Below the pieces are notes generated by a model, which searched no databases, was not told the DNA's origin, and saw nothing but the letters and a program-made list of their open reading frames with translations. Shown here in pieces: positions 28,182-44,637 of a DNA stretch of 64,000 nucleotides; within the stretch, counting starts at the first letter, position 1; each line of letters starts with the position of its first letter. This stretch comes from Bigelowiella natans CCMP2755. Its lineage: Eukaryota; Protista; Cercozoa. The translations under genes and the position numbers were made by a program. The stretch covers positions 89,815-153,814 of the forward strand of contig ADNK01001400.1 of the NCBI GenBank assembly GCA_000320545.1, given 5' to 3'.

Positions 28182-29118
28182 ACAAATATATCCATGTATA
28201 TTTATATATTACAATATTATAGCACTTACATATAAATATTTATTTATAATGATACTAACTGTGCGTGTGTGCGTGGGTGAGAGAGATGGACCTGCAGTAA
28301 TAAGGACCGGTGTATTTGTAGGGATATGCTGACTCATCGAAGAGGCACGATATTGTGCCTTGCTCCACACGAGACTAAGATGCTATAGGTGGAGTTACTA
28401 GTTAGGATGCTATTACTAGAAAACACTGTGTTAAATTAAGCATATTAGATTTTGTTAATTGTTGCGGAATCAAACCCATAGCTGGATCTGAAGAGTAACC
28501 TTTTAACGTAATATATTAAGAAAATATTCCTCATGTATGCTCAAGAATGTCTATATTAATGTTATATACGTATCTAAAGTATAAGTTCATGCTTGATTTA
28601 TGGTGACATACTCTCTTTCATTTAGTGCATGCATGGTCCATGCAATGTGCAGATATTTGATCATTTTTTGGTGTATAAGCAGATTCATTTATTAAAACAT
28701 GACATACGATAACTAATGCCAGAGTAATCTCGGAAAATTGCCAATTCAGCGCCCCGGGATCATGAGTTATCTAATTTTCACCATCATCATGAATTTTCAG
28801 TCCATCGCCTGAAGACCAAAACACGGATCATTTTAGCTGCTTACGTAAGGTTTTACCACAGAACTTAATAATATCCAGAAGGAGGAGTTGATATTCATCC
28901 TGCGGAGGGGAGCGGGTTGAAGTGAGTATAAGAGAAGCCGCCGAGGTTGCACGGATACAATGTCATGGCTAGCAAGACAACCATCGCATCTGCTGCTTGG
29001 TCGCTGGTGTGTTCTCCTGAAGGCCCGATTGTCTTACCAACCACACTCCAATAGCTAGCTCGCTGACTGAGGCAACACCCTTGAGCGCATCGCTAATCGC
29101 CCACGCTGGATCGTACAT
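26990..29118 (-). CDS. Multi-pass membrane protein of unknown function with long Ser/Asp-rich loop (boundaries approximate)
   Basis: Several hydrophobic segments (VASVSELAIGVWLV, MISSVLVFIVSLSGTLAV, VATAASVFCAGGFY, MILLAVAIAIVV) and a 313-aa ORF. Confidence 0.5.
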
Positions 29119-29658
29119 ACCGTCGTCTCGGAGGAGACAAATCGGGAAGCTCTGTAAAAAAAGATACCCTCCAAACTGAAGCGAAGATCCAAATTCGTGC
29201 ACATCTAGTAAACTTGATGCGCGGTTCCTTCTGTGAAGGGTTTTGAGGCAACGCTCGATGCTCCGAGATGCAGTCCAATTTTCCTCCCAGAAACATCGTA
29301 AGAGGAAAATTCCTGGAAATCAATCGAGTTTTTCTGCGGTTTAGAGTCCCTCTTTCATCAAGTCGTAGAGAAGGGTTGCCCAGAAAAAAGGCGAAATTCC
29401 AGTTCCCAAAGCAATGTGCGAGGGAACTTCGATGTTTCAAGGGCACAATTTTACCTTGCGCACCTCTTCGAACTCAGGTTTGCTGGTGGTGAAATAGAGG
29501 AGAATTATCTGCTGCGACTTCGAATTAAATGCGACTTCAGACTTGGTGCCGATCCGCCTGCTGATCGCAAATGGCTGCGTACTACGTAGGATGGATAAAA
29601 ATGGCGATAGATCTCTGAGCTATTCCAAGCTTTCCTCTCCCGGCAATTTCTTCATATC

Positions 29659-32931
<3,273 letters not shown>

Positions 32932-33382
32932 ATACAATGTGTGATGAAGATAGGACTTCCACAATAGTAAATTATTTTACATGTAGCAAGCGGTTTAAGC
33001 CTCGACCGCACAACAGCTTGTACAACCACACGCGCTGCTTAATAACGTAATTATTATGTATATAGCCATGGGTACAAATAATGGATTTTACATGCATATT
33101 GTGTAATGCAGTGTCTATGTGAATGTGCATGCCAGCGCTTGACACGCTGGTGCATCTAGCAAAGTGCACGTTAGTAAGCCGGCGACAGTTCAAATTAATC
33201 GGCCGGAGGTTATTAGGCATACATCCACCCATGCTTTACTTAACATATATAAACACGGAGTACGATACAGAGGCAGCGCATGTAGTGTTTGATTCGGAGT
33301 GGCTAGCATGCAGCGCGAGGTCGTCGTCACATAGCCGTGCTCGATCTATGCTCTGTGCACAAGTACAAACACGACTACCTAG

Positions 33383-34229
33383 CTATGGATCCTCGGTTTG
33401 GCCTTCAAACCTAAACGGCTTCACATGCAAAGGCGACTTATCTCCGCCATCCTTGATTCCTTCGCCACCCCCGCCTGTCCGCGCTGTTGAGAGCTTTCGT
33501 AGTTCCATGAGAAGGTATGCGCTGGTGGTGGTCGGGCATAGGTACGTCTCCACATGCCGCACGACACGTTTCGTTCCCTCAAAGTGACTGACAAACGGGT
33601 GCACCTTGGGGCTGTACATCGTATCAGTCAGATCGCGCACAACAGCCACGCTGAAGCCCAGCCGCAGCAGCTGCCTCACACCGAATGGCCGGCCCAGGAC
33701 GCACATGTTCAGATGCACGCCCATCAAGAGAACGGTCTTGATGCCGCGGTGTCGTAGGATATTGAAGACTTGCTGGCCATCGTCGCTGATGTAATCGCTG
33801 TCGCTGTCGCCCTGATCATCAGCTGACGGGATCTTCAGGCCCGGGTGCTATCATATCCACATAGTACGTATTATACGGTGCAATGTAAATGCTAATATCA
33901 ACATAATATTGCACGCCACACGCTCATCGATTTTTCTCTCTGAAAATAATACTACCGTCCCCATGTACTACTACTACTACAACTACTACTACGCATTATC
34001 ATGTTGTTTAGGCATTATGACCTGATTCGTCCACGGCTCGGCATTAAAGCAGGGCTTTGGTTCGCAGAAACAGCCATCATCCGCCTCATCAATGGGGAGA
34101 GGGCCTTCCGTATTCTCGTCAGGCCAGCACCAAGGATATCCCCAGCGCGTGCGCGTAGATAGCTTCACCTTTGGTGCATCATCATCATCATCATCATCGT
34201 CGTTGTCGTCATCATCTTTACCACGATTA

Positions 34230-34274
<45 letters not shown>

Positions 34275-34406
34275 TCTCTCATGCTCTCTCATAGCCACTG
34301 TAAGTCGCAGGGAGAGTGCTATAACGCACAGGACACACACGGCTAACGCGAGAGCTCCGCCGCCATGTTACCAAGAAGCGGCATCAAGAAGAGAAAGGGA
34401 AAGATG

Positions 34407-34454
<48 letters not shown>

Positions 34455-34757
34455 AGCCATAGCAAGATGCACATGCAGTAGCACCAGCTGAACATTGTTA
34501 CCGGAGTTGGAAAGTGCGGAGCAGCTTTTGCCCTCGCCCTCGCCTTGTGGTCACGGAGGGGGGGGGATTCTGTGACGCCGCTTGGTGCGTGTATGATGAT
34601 AGCGCCGATTCGCCTGAGAGCGTCCACCGTTGCGTTCATTCGAGGAATCAGCTCGCCGACCTTATGAAGAAAGACCACAAACACACGACGCGAAGTCACG
34701 TACACATGCGGACGACGGGGCACATATGGGAAGGGGGAGCGAAGCAAGTATATTAGG

Positions 34758-34839
<82 letters not shown>

Positions 34840-35109
34840 ATATAGCAATGTTAGTAAGAGCTATCGGTGGTAGGATATATCAGTAGCACCAGTCCGTCTT
34901 CTTGTGTTGATTAATATCTGAAACATCTGACTCACCCTCTTCGTGGCGTCCTTGCACCAGTGCATGTTCCACATATCACAGATAACAACTGCTGTTTCTT
35001 TTCCCGCCCATTCTTGCTCCGAGATCAGCTCGTCCTCTTCCTCCCCCCCCCCCCTCCTCTTTCTCATCCTCACAGTTGTGCTGTTCCTTATTGTCGGCAC
35101 TTGAATCAT
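33383..35109 (-). CDS. Isochorismatase-like cysteine hydrolase, bacterial (planctomycete-like) subtype; possibly C-terminal part of the Gemin5 gene
   Basis: KETAVVICDMWNMHWC, IIIHAPS, PLPIDEADDGC, DYISDDGQQVFNILRHRGIKTVLLMGVHLNMCVLGRPFGVRQL, VVRDLTDTMY..FVSHFEGT..HVETYLCPT. Confidence 0.85.
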
Positions 35110-35135
35110 CCCTGCGTGCTGCTCCCAGTTCCACC

Positions 35136-36637
35136 TTACAATCCGATGATTGCTTGGCCTTGGCTGTGTCCCCCCCCCCCCTTTTCCTCCTTCCTCCTCC
35201 TCCTCCTCCTCCTTAGAACTACACGCATCGTCGATGGCAACGCTGCCTGCAGTGTTACCGGCTCGTTCCGCCCCTTGAGATCACTGCTGGTACTACATTT
35301 ACTAGCAGCATTAGGGGGAGGAGGATGCGACGACGACGATGATAAAGCTCTATCTATAACAGCCTTCACCGTCTCTCCGCAATCCAGCGCAACTTGGAGG
35401 CTATCACGAATCCTTCGCTCTTCGGACTCAAAGCGAACGGGAGCAGCATCGTGCTGCTTCTCCTCCCCCATCCTCCCCTTCCGCCCAGACCTCTCCCGCA
35501 CTTGCTTAATCAGATAGAGGGCTATGCGGCTCCGATTCACCCACCGTTTCACGGTGTTATTGCCATCATCCCCACCACCACTAGAACGACCATCATCACC
35601 CGGCGTTTTCTTCCTTTTTCCAATGCTACTGCTGCTGCTGCTGCTGCTGCTGTTACTATTCTTGCTGCTGCTGTTCGAAATGATATCCCATCTCCGTCTC
35701 CTCCCCCCCCCCCTCCTCCTCCCAGTGGTCTTCTCCTCCCGAAGAATCGCGTAGAGGGCCTTCTCGTGGCTCCCGGCGACGGAGTAGCAGGCCACGGCCT
35801 CATCCGTCCTCCCCCTGTGCTCGAGCACTGACGCCCACTTGCAGAGGGTCTCCACGCGAAGGGGGTCCTGCGGCAGCAGCCTTGCGATCGCCACATGCGC
35901 GGCGTCGGCGTAGAAGCCGCGGTCAAGCAGCGTCCTGGTGGCCTCTTCGACCCGCCCCACGCCGAGAAGGAACGCCACCGCGCGCTGCGTTTCCCCCGCG
36001 CGGGCCAGCTGACGGCCGTACGCGCACGCGGCGGTCGCCCATACCTCCGTGGGGATAATAGCGTGTGGTTAGAACGGTTTTTATCATCTTCCGGACACGA
36101 TGAGCACAACGCGGACAGGGGGGGTACTACTCGGGAGATGTATTTGATGATGCTGTGTGTGACAACGACGACGATGACGACGACGACTACGACTACTACT
36201 ACTACTACTACTACTACTACTGTTGCTACCACTACTACACATAGCTCACCTCCAGGCCGAGCGAGGCGCTGATGGAGACCCAGAATTCGTTCATTTTCCC
36301 GTCGCGGCAGCGGCGCGCGAGCTCAAGGAGCATGGGGGGGGTGGAGCTCGGCGGTAATGAGGACAATGATGACCCCGGTGGTGTGGACAATAAAGCCCGA
36401 AGACACCTAATTCAGATAAACGGTGCATGATGTAAGCAGACGATGCGTATCCGCATAACACTTCGTCGTTATCACTATCACCACAATCATCGTCATCATC
36501 AGCAGCACCATCTCATCAATTGCATGTACTGACCCGCCCCAAGAGTCCTCCGCAGCGGCGGGAAGCTTGCTGCGGTACTCCTCCCCGAGTAGACGGGTGA
36601 AGTCAGGTAGCAGAGAAGACGACGAACAAGGCGCCGC

Positions 36638-36672
<35 letters not shown>

Positions 36673-37647
36673 AGCTGAAAGAAGAAGACGAGGGAGAAAG
36701 CGCCGACGATGCTGGTTCTACCTCGAAACTGCTGCTACTCTCCGAGGCCGCCACGCATGCGATCTTCCTTAACATTTCCCCCATCGATGTGGTGGCTGTG
36801 TCGCTAAGGATCGGTTTACGTGCAAGCCGATGATTCTGGTGATGATGATGCTGGTGCTGGCCAATGACTTCTTTGCGGCGTCCTTCCGAGATAGAGGAGG
36901 AGGAGGAGGAGGAGGAGGAGGAGGAGGAAGAGGCCACCACATGGATTTGCGCCTGGGAACCTTCTCCTCTTCCCCCTCCTCCCCCACCCGCCCCTCCCGA
37001 CATTAATTCGAGTCTCCGCACGGCAAGCGCGTTCTTGACATCATCATCACCACCACCACCAGAAGTCATGACTTTGATGTTTCTCAGGGCTTGGCTATTG
37101 TGATTCCTCTCCTTGCCCACCACAGATGATGAGGGAGTGGCGGCTGCTGTGGAAGCTGCAGCAGCAGCAGCAGAGCTGGTGGAAGAGAAGAAAGAAGAAG
37201 GAGACACAAAGGGCGCCTTATTCGCAGCTTTGATCCTCGCCTTCATGATAGAGGTGCGGGGTGGTTTGCGTCGTCGTTGGCCGTAGAGGCGATGGGGCCG
37301 CAGCCGGCCAGTAGCATCATCACTGCCATTCCCAGCACATCCGCCATTCTTATCTTGGTCTTCATCTACGCCAAGATCGTCGGCTCTTGGGATCCGAAGG
37401 CGGCGGAGGGCGTGATCGAGCCCCCCGGCGTAGATTGTCCGCGCTGTATCACGGTCATCTTCATTGTGATAATCATCATCATCATCGTCGTCGTCGTCAT
37501 CGTCATCATCATCGACTCCATCGTCCTCAGTGGGCCAGTACAAGCACGTAAGCTTGCCGCCTGCACCAAGGGAGAGGTTGCAGAATGCGAGCTGGCCGTC
37601 GTCGGCGCTGCTACTGCGGTCCAGCTCCCAAACCTGCACAGCCACGC

Positions 37648-37684
<37 letters not shown>

Positions 37685-40600
37685 GACACACAATCACACA
37701 CACCAACAACCCCAACCGGGTGATAATCAGCATCCCGTTGCTCGAAAAAGTAGTTTGTAGCGCATCCCATCCGTCCTCACACACCACCTACCACTACTCC
37801 CCATAGACGACTAGAAAGCACTTCACTACTCTTCACACAACACCACCAAGCACGAAGAAGAACCTGAACCGTGCCGTCGTAAGAGGCTGACGCGAGGCGA
37901 TTTCGTCCCCGCGGGTGCCATTGAATTGCGCTGACAGGTGCACGGTGGCCATCCAGCAGCATCAAAGCGCCCGGAGCTGCTTCACCCTCCCCTGCTGCCT
38001 TTTGCATAGATTGCAATGCTCGTTCTAGTGCATCATCCTTCCCCTGCCCCTCGAGAAGGAGGAGCGATTTCATCAGCAATTCCTCGACGTCGTAGATACC
38101 CACACGGCCATCGTCCGATGCAGACGCAAACTGAAGGGTGGGAAGGGGTGAAGGAGCAGCCTTTTGATCCTTCCTCATTTCGCCCTCCCCCACCCTCCCC
38201 TCTTCCTCCTTCAACATCTTCTTTCTGTTGCTCTTGCCCCGCCATTTGAGGGTGGTGATGCTCTTCGTGTGGTCCCGATAGCGTGCTATTAGCCTCCACC
38301 CATCACCTGCATAGTCAGTTATCATTCGTGTGTCTTTGCTGATATGGGAGGCGGGGGGGGGGGGGGGGGGGGGGGCCTGTAATTTACTCAAAAAAAAAAA
38401 GAGAGTGTTTGTGTTTGGAAACACGTGGCGGCGAATATTTGGGAAGACCCAGCAACGACGATTGTGTCGAAGGGCAACAACACTGCTAAAGCTCGTCCTC
38501 CCGACTACCTGCGCCATTGTGCTTTCCCTCCTCTCCTGCCGCTTTCGCGTGATGGAAGTAGATACCGATAGTCCCATCCTTGGTGCCCACCGCGGCTATT
38601 GTTCCAAGCTCATGCACAGCAATCTCAGTCGCTAATGCCCCGAGCTCTTTCTTCGCCCTCGACGTGCTCAATACACACCGAACTCTTGCTGCGCTGCTAC
38701 TCCTACTGCTCCTACTTCCACCACGGGTGCTTCGATCCCCTCTCCCCCCCTCTCTATTGAGCGCGGCGGCGTTCTCCTCCATTCTCCGAGCGTCTTCGTC
38801 CTCCTCGCTATCGCCGTCGTTGAGGGACCACGGCGTCATAGATGTCGCGCATATGCGATTATCAGCGCCACAGCTGTAGAGAAGATATTGAGGATGGTGA
38901 CGACTTTGAAGTTTTCTTCCTCCTCCTCCTCCTCCTCCGCCTCCTCTTCCCGCTTCTGCTGCCCCTGATACAGCGCTATTATCACCATCATTTCGTTTAT
39001 CATCATCATCTCGTTGTGGAGCAGTAGCAGCAGTAGCAGCCCATTTGAGGCACCAAACTCCACCCTTGTGGGCGCCGACGCTCGCCCCTTCAAGCTTCCC
39101 TGTACGGGTGTTCAGAAGCCCGATACGGCCATCCTGTGTGCCAAATCTGTGTAGTATGCAGCACTAGTTAGTTGCAATGGTTGTTACTATGCTTCCAAAT
39201 GCTGCTATTGTTCCTGACTTAGCTTAATCCTTTCGATCCTACTTCGCATCTTTTCTCACTCTCTTTCGCAACCACCCGCCCGCCGCCCTCCATTTCTCGT
39301 CTCTCATGTATTTCCACCAAACTTTTTGTAAAAAATAACGAAAGTGTGGTGTGGTGTCGCGCATACGCGAGAATGTCAGCATCCTCTGGATGGTGAGCGA
39401 GGGTGAGGATCTTCGCCTGGAGGCCCTTCCATATGCTTCTCGCCGCGTACGGCGTGCCGTTCTTCAAGGTATTCCAAATCTTGATCGTGCCATCACCCAC
39501 ACCGAATGCAACGATGTGTTGCTGCCTCTGTGCGCAGCTGACTGCCATCACTGCTCCACCGAGAGTTGGGATGCTGAAGGGGAGGGGAGGGGAGGATGGA
39601 AGGAGGAGGGGGGGAGAAGCGGAGCAGCACAACGTTTTAGTCATTATGATGAAGTATCTCGTCAATAATTGCTTGTATATTCGTCTTTGAATAGCTCCCG
39701 CCTCCCTCCCACTGCATTTGATTTTTCACCTCGAGCGAGGACGGCGCTTGGCAAGGTCCCAAAATACGATCTTTCGGTCAATCCCAACTGAAATGAGCGT
39801 ATTCGGGGGGAGAGAAGAAGAAGAAGAAGAGGAGGATGGACGCCTAAATACGCCATCATCACTGTTATCAGAGGCCCGAGCACTTTGATGAGCTTTCTTC
39901 TGCTGCTGCTGCTGCTGCTTTAGCAGGTGCTGCGAAGAAGTGTGGCAGCTTGCAAGCTCGAAAACCATTCCGCGTGTGTGCCCTCTTCCCGAAGAGAACA
40001 CCTCGTAGCTGACTCTCCTCCTACTTCCCCTCTTCGATGATGACTTTTTCTGAGCAGCCTTCGACTTCCTTGTGGAGGAATGAGCCGCATTATCATCGTT
40101 GGCATTTATATCCCAGAGAAACAAATCTCCGTTGTGGCCGCTTACCATCGCACGCCCATCGCCGACCCATGCGGCGCTCACGAATGGCCGTTGATTTCGT
40201 GAGGAGGATGCCGCTGGTGCACCCGAGCCACTGTGATTCCCACGGCCCTGTGGTAGTTTGAACATTTTCGCGCATTCGATGAAAGAGGAGGAGGAGGAGT
40301 CGTCCTCTTGCACCATCTTCTCCTCCTGCGAGTGATTTATTCTCCACACTCGTGCCGAACGATCTCGACTCGTAGATAGGAGCAGTGTTTCACGTTTATC
40401 GATAGATTCAGGGGGGGGAGGAGGGGGAGGGTAGGAGGTGGTGGCAGTAGCAGCAGTAGCAGATGAAGAAGAAGAAGAAGAAGCGAGCTCCTCCACTTTT
40501 CCCTCTCGTCCCCCTCCTTCTAACATGCCAGTATTCTCCACGAGGCTCGTCGTTGTGACCGTCGTAGCATTTGCTGCTGCTACTGCTGTCGATACCTGTT

Positions 40601-41760
40601 GTCTACCTCTTCGGCCTCTCGCGGTGCTCTTCGGGGGAATGTAGTATTTGATCTGGAGCACAGCGTTAGTATGGCCAAGGAACTGCCTCAGCTGTGTTTG
40701 TGCTTCGAGATCTACTTCGATTAGAACGCCGTTTGCATAGCCTACAGCTGCTATCACCTTGCTTCCTATTCTTCTAACACTGCTACCCTTCCTCTCTTCC
40801 TCTTCTTCCCCTCCATTACGCTCCTGCGCGATGGCAAGACAGCTGATTTCCGAGCGGGGCCGCGGGGACCAGCTTTGAATTGGAATGTGAGGGGAGAGAT
40901 ACCTCCAAGTGCCCAGCGCCCCCGTCTTATCCCCCACTACAACCAGATCAGAGGAAGCGTGCATTGCAATCGCTCTCACTTCCCTTTCGAGTTTCGTCTT
41001 CCGCCCGCCCCCTCCCTTCTTCTGGTACGACTTGCCGGGAACGGAGCTAGGGTTAGAGATCTTAGAGGAGGGGGGTATAGTAATGTTCTTGGCCCGATGA
41101 ATACATGCGCGGATCGAAACGTCCCATATGCGAATACTTCCGTCTACCTACGTAAAAAATTTAAAAAAGTCAATTGCTGGGTGGTGTGCAGCAAGAGACA
41201 CTGCATGTTCTTTCTTCGAACACATCCATCATTCCAGTCTACAGCTCACCTCCCCAGTGGCAACATGTCCTTTTGAGTTTGAAGCAATGCATCCAACCCT
41301 GAGAAAGGGGGGAGGAAGGGGGGATGTGATGAGCGAATCTCATGAAAGCGCGGTCGCGAAGATGGAGCAAGCAAGGTTGCAGTGAGATTCACTCCGCACT
41401 TTCGCACGGCTGCAACAACACCTATTGTATTCGTGCCCGATGAGCATGTCAACGAAGAGGCCTGTATTGACGTCGTACAGTAGAACGCCATTCCGAGCTG
41501 CGAATGCAACGATGCCCTGCTTGCAACAGTTGGAGTCAGCTGGGATAAACGTTGATGTAGCAATCGACCGAGGAGGAAGAGGGGAGGGGCGTAAGAACGA
41601 CAGCAACAACCTGGTGTGGAAGAATGGCGATTGTGGTCGAGCAGTACCAATTCGGCGAGGTAGGATAGAGACAGGGGAGATGCTGCGGAGAGCGGCTACG
41701 ACTACTGCCGCCACCGCCTCCGCCGCCGCCGACGACGATCCTTCTTGCCGCAGTGGCCAT
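35136..41760 (-). CDS. GEMIN5: Gemin5-like WD40 / TPR-like protein (spliced)
   Basis: N-terminal PTSPNWYCS (cf. Gemin5 PPSPNWYC); PTLGGAVMAVS..AFGVGDGTIKIWN..IWKGLQAKILTLAHHP..FGTQDGRIG; GHRAPVSAIQWHP..LASASYDGTVQVW; FLLGVGRVEEATRTL..FYADAAHVAIARLLPQDP dimerisation module. Confidence 0.88.
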
Positions 41761-41966
41761 CCTGCGCTCTGACTAGTATTGTTGTTATTGTTGTTTGGGG
41801 TCTGAAATCTGGTAAATATATTCATGGCGTAATATCTGATGACACTAACAGAGTTTGTTGCCGGATGTTGCAAGAAATTTTGCTATGTTTTGCCATGCAA
41901 GTTTTGACTTTCGCAATGTCCGTTATAAGACAACATCCACTATGAAAATCACTTCGGTGTAACAAC

Positions 41967-42079
41967 ATAGCTGGGAAGTCAAGGGCGCGAAAAGAATAAC
42001 TAACTAATTAACTAACTAACAAGATAGCTGGGAAGTCAAGGGCGCGAAAAGATTAACTAACTAACTAACTAACAAGATA
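41967..42079. repeat. ~55-bp tandem duplication with (TAAC)n in the divergent promoter between Gemin5 and GST
   Basis: ATAGCTGGGAAGTCAAGGGCGCGAAAAGA-(TAAC)n-AAG x2. Confidence 0.9.
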
Positions 42080-42161
42080 TTTACGGGTACAGACTGCAAG
42101 AAACAGATATTTTCACCCATCTCCAGTAACTGCAATTACGTGCTCCCTCCTCGCACTGACC

Positions 42162-43760
42162 ATGTCTGCAAACAACAAGAAAGGAATCTTGGCCACGGTT
42201 GGGGCAATCGGAGTTGCGGCAGGGGCGCTGGGCACACTGCTTTACCAGAAGATGACGAAGTACAAACCCCCAAAGAAGTGGGATGACAATGGACGAGGTT
42301 ACGCTTACGGCGGAATGAACCAGCCCACAGCCGGGGTGCGCTCGAAGCAGGAGCTCAAGAAGGGCAAGCATGCGCTTCAGCTGTGAGATTTTAAATGGAT
42401 TCTAACTTTCCCATATGTCAAAATCACATTGTCTCTGGCAGATATTTTCTTAACATTTTTCTCTGCGCAGGTATTCCCTTGGGACACCAAATGGGGTCAA
42501 GATCACGATCCTGTTAGAGGAGCTCTCTGATGAGTACAAGGTGTGTGGGTGTGTGTGATAAGTTTTGAGGCTATAATTCATCTCGGCTTATCCGTCGTTT
42601 CGTTGCTTTCGATCGTTCTTGTTGCTTCCAGATTCAGTATGACGCATGGCTTATCAGAATATCGAAAAGTGAGCAGTTTGGATCAGGGTAGCCATCAACT
42701 TGAAAGAAGGGAGGACTTTGGCAAGAAGAGAGCCATAACTTGTGCTGACTGTGCGTTCCTCCTCCTCTCTTTTTATCTTTATTTATTCAGGTTTGTGGAC
42801 ATAAACCCTAACTCAAAGATTCCTGCACTTCTTGACTACACGGAAGATGATACGGTCTCACCTATTTTGCTGCCGAAAGTTGGCAGGCATGATTATATCA
42901 TTATCTCATTATATCTCATTCAAAAATATTTAGAAGCCGATACGCGTGTTTGAGTCGGCCTCCATAATGCTTTATCTATGCGAACATTACGACCCAAAAG
43001 GGTTGTTTCTCCCTAAGGACTCGGCACTCAAAGCCGAGTGCATTAACTGGGTGATGTGGGCCATAGGAGCTGCGCCCTACCTCGGTGGTGGCTTCGGCCA
43101 CTTTTATAATTATGCCCCCATCAAGATTAAGTACGCCATTGACCGGTAAGACGAGGGGGACTTTATTTGGGTGGGTGGAATGTAGGGCTACAGAAAACAA
43201 ACACATCCTGGGAAGGGGGTGGATTTTAACGAAAGGTGTGTGATCTTATTGTCAAGGTTCTCGATGGAATCGAAACGACAGCTTGATGTCCTGGAAAAGC
43301 ATCTCTCAGGAGAGCTAAAAGGGTTTTCTCCTTGTTCGGGGGGGCCTTACATCTGTGGAGAGAAATATACCATTGCAGACATGATCATTTGGCCCTGGTG
43401 AGAAATAATTTGCATCCAATGCACGCTGGGGATGAATGAACCTATGTCATCAATCATCGCATGCCCATCCATGTACACTCCTTTATGTATATATACTTGT
43501 GTGCTGACAGGTGGGGAAATTTGGTCCTTGGGCGTTTGTATTCAGCGGCTTCATTCCTCGACGTTGAGAACACCTACCCACATGTTATGAAATGGGCCAA
43601 GATGATGTGGGAGCGACCACAAGTTAGGCGTGGCAGGATGGTGAATCGAGCGTGGGGCGATAAGGAGTGGCAATTACCAGAGCGGCACAGTCCTGAGGAC
43701 TTCGAAAAGAGCAGAAACCTATGGGATCCAGCTAAACGTACTGATGAAAGTAAACAGTAA
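42162..43760 (+). CDS. Nu-class glutathione transferase / disulfide oxidoreductase, YghU-like (spliced)
   Basis: GGMNQPTAG, LQLYSLGTPNGVKITILLEEL, YDAWLIRI..QFGSGFVDINPNSKIPAL, VFESASI, APYLGGGFGHFYNYAP.KIKYAIDRFSMESKRQLDVL, RPQVRRGRMVN, LPERH. Confidence 0.93.
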
Positions 43761-44637
43761 GAATAAAACGCGAAGAGAAGAAAGCATGAAGGATTCTGAC
43801 TGTCCTGTCCGTTCTCATCATTGCCATGCATTAGCTAGTTAGCTAGTAGAACAAGCGTTCTATCATCACTTTGCACTTTTACAACCAAAAAGAACTCATA
43901 CTTCATTGTTGCTTACAAGCTGGACGAGTCGTATCATTGTGGCGTATCATGCTGCCTCAACATCTGCATGATGATTTGACTCTGCTAAGTCTACTACGAC
44001 TACAGGATCTACCGCTGCTGCGATGCGCATCCTGCTTGATGCATGAGGATGGCTTAGATGGACGCGCCGTGAAAATTGTATCGCATCTAGAATGAATATG
44101 TCGCGAGCTTGCTAGCAGATAACAAAGCCGTCATTTATCATGGCTCTAAGCGTATCGCGCATCACATCACATGTTTATATCGTCCGACTTTTAGCTCGCG
44201 ATGCTGCCGCCAGCTATGTATATAGCATTAGCATCAATGTTTTGGTGTGTACATTCTGATTCTACTTCTGATCGATGCACCGCATCGAATGCAATTAGGT
44301 TGCTGCTAGCAGTTATGATTATATATGCGCGTCACATGCTACGCTATGACGCCCGGTGCTGTGTAAATGTGTATGTGTATGTGTGTATGTGTGTGTGTGT
44401 GTGTGTGTGTCTAACGCTACGTAGGCGTCTGTGTAAGTCTGAATTTGTCGGCATGCACACAGATACATACAAAAGCGCATTTAACAAAGATGCAACTTTT
44501 GGCAGCAGATCTCAGCTAGCTACATCTATATATTCATGTGGATAGGAGACTGTGGATGTGACAGAAAATGTAATTTAACCTATGCGTGCAGCGAATCACG
44601 TTTCAACACTGCTTTACGAGTTCGAATGCTACATTTT

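Noticed and set aside
41967-42079. CRISPR-like or telomeric repeat
   Set aside because: Only two units with no unique spacers; (TAAC)n is not a telomere motif; eukaryotic context.
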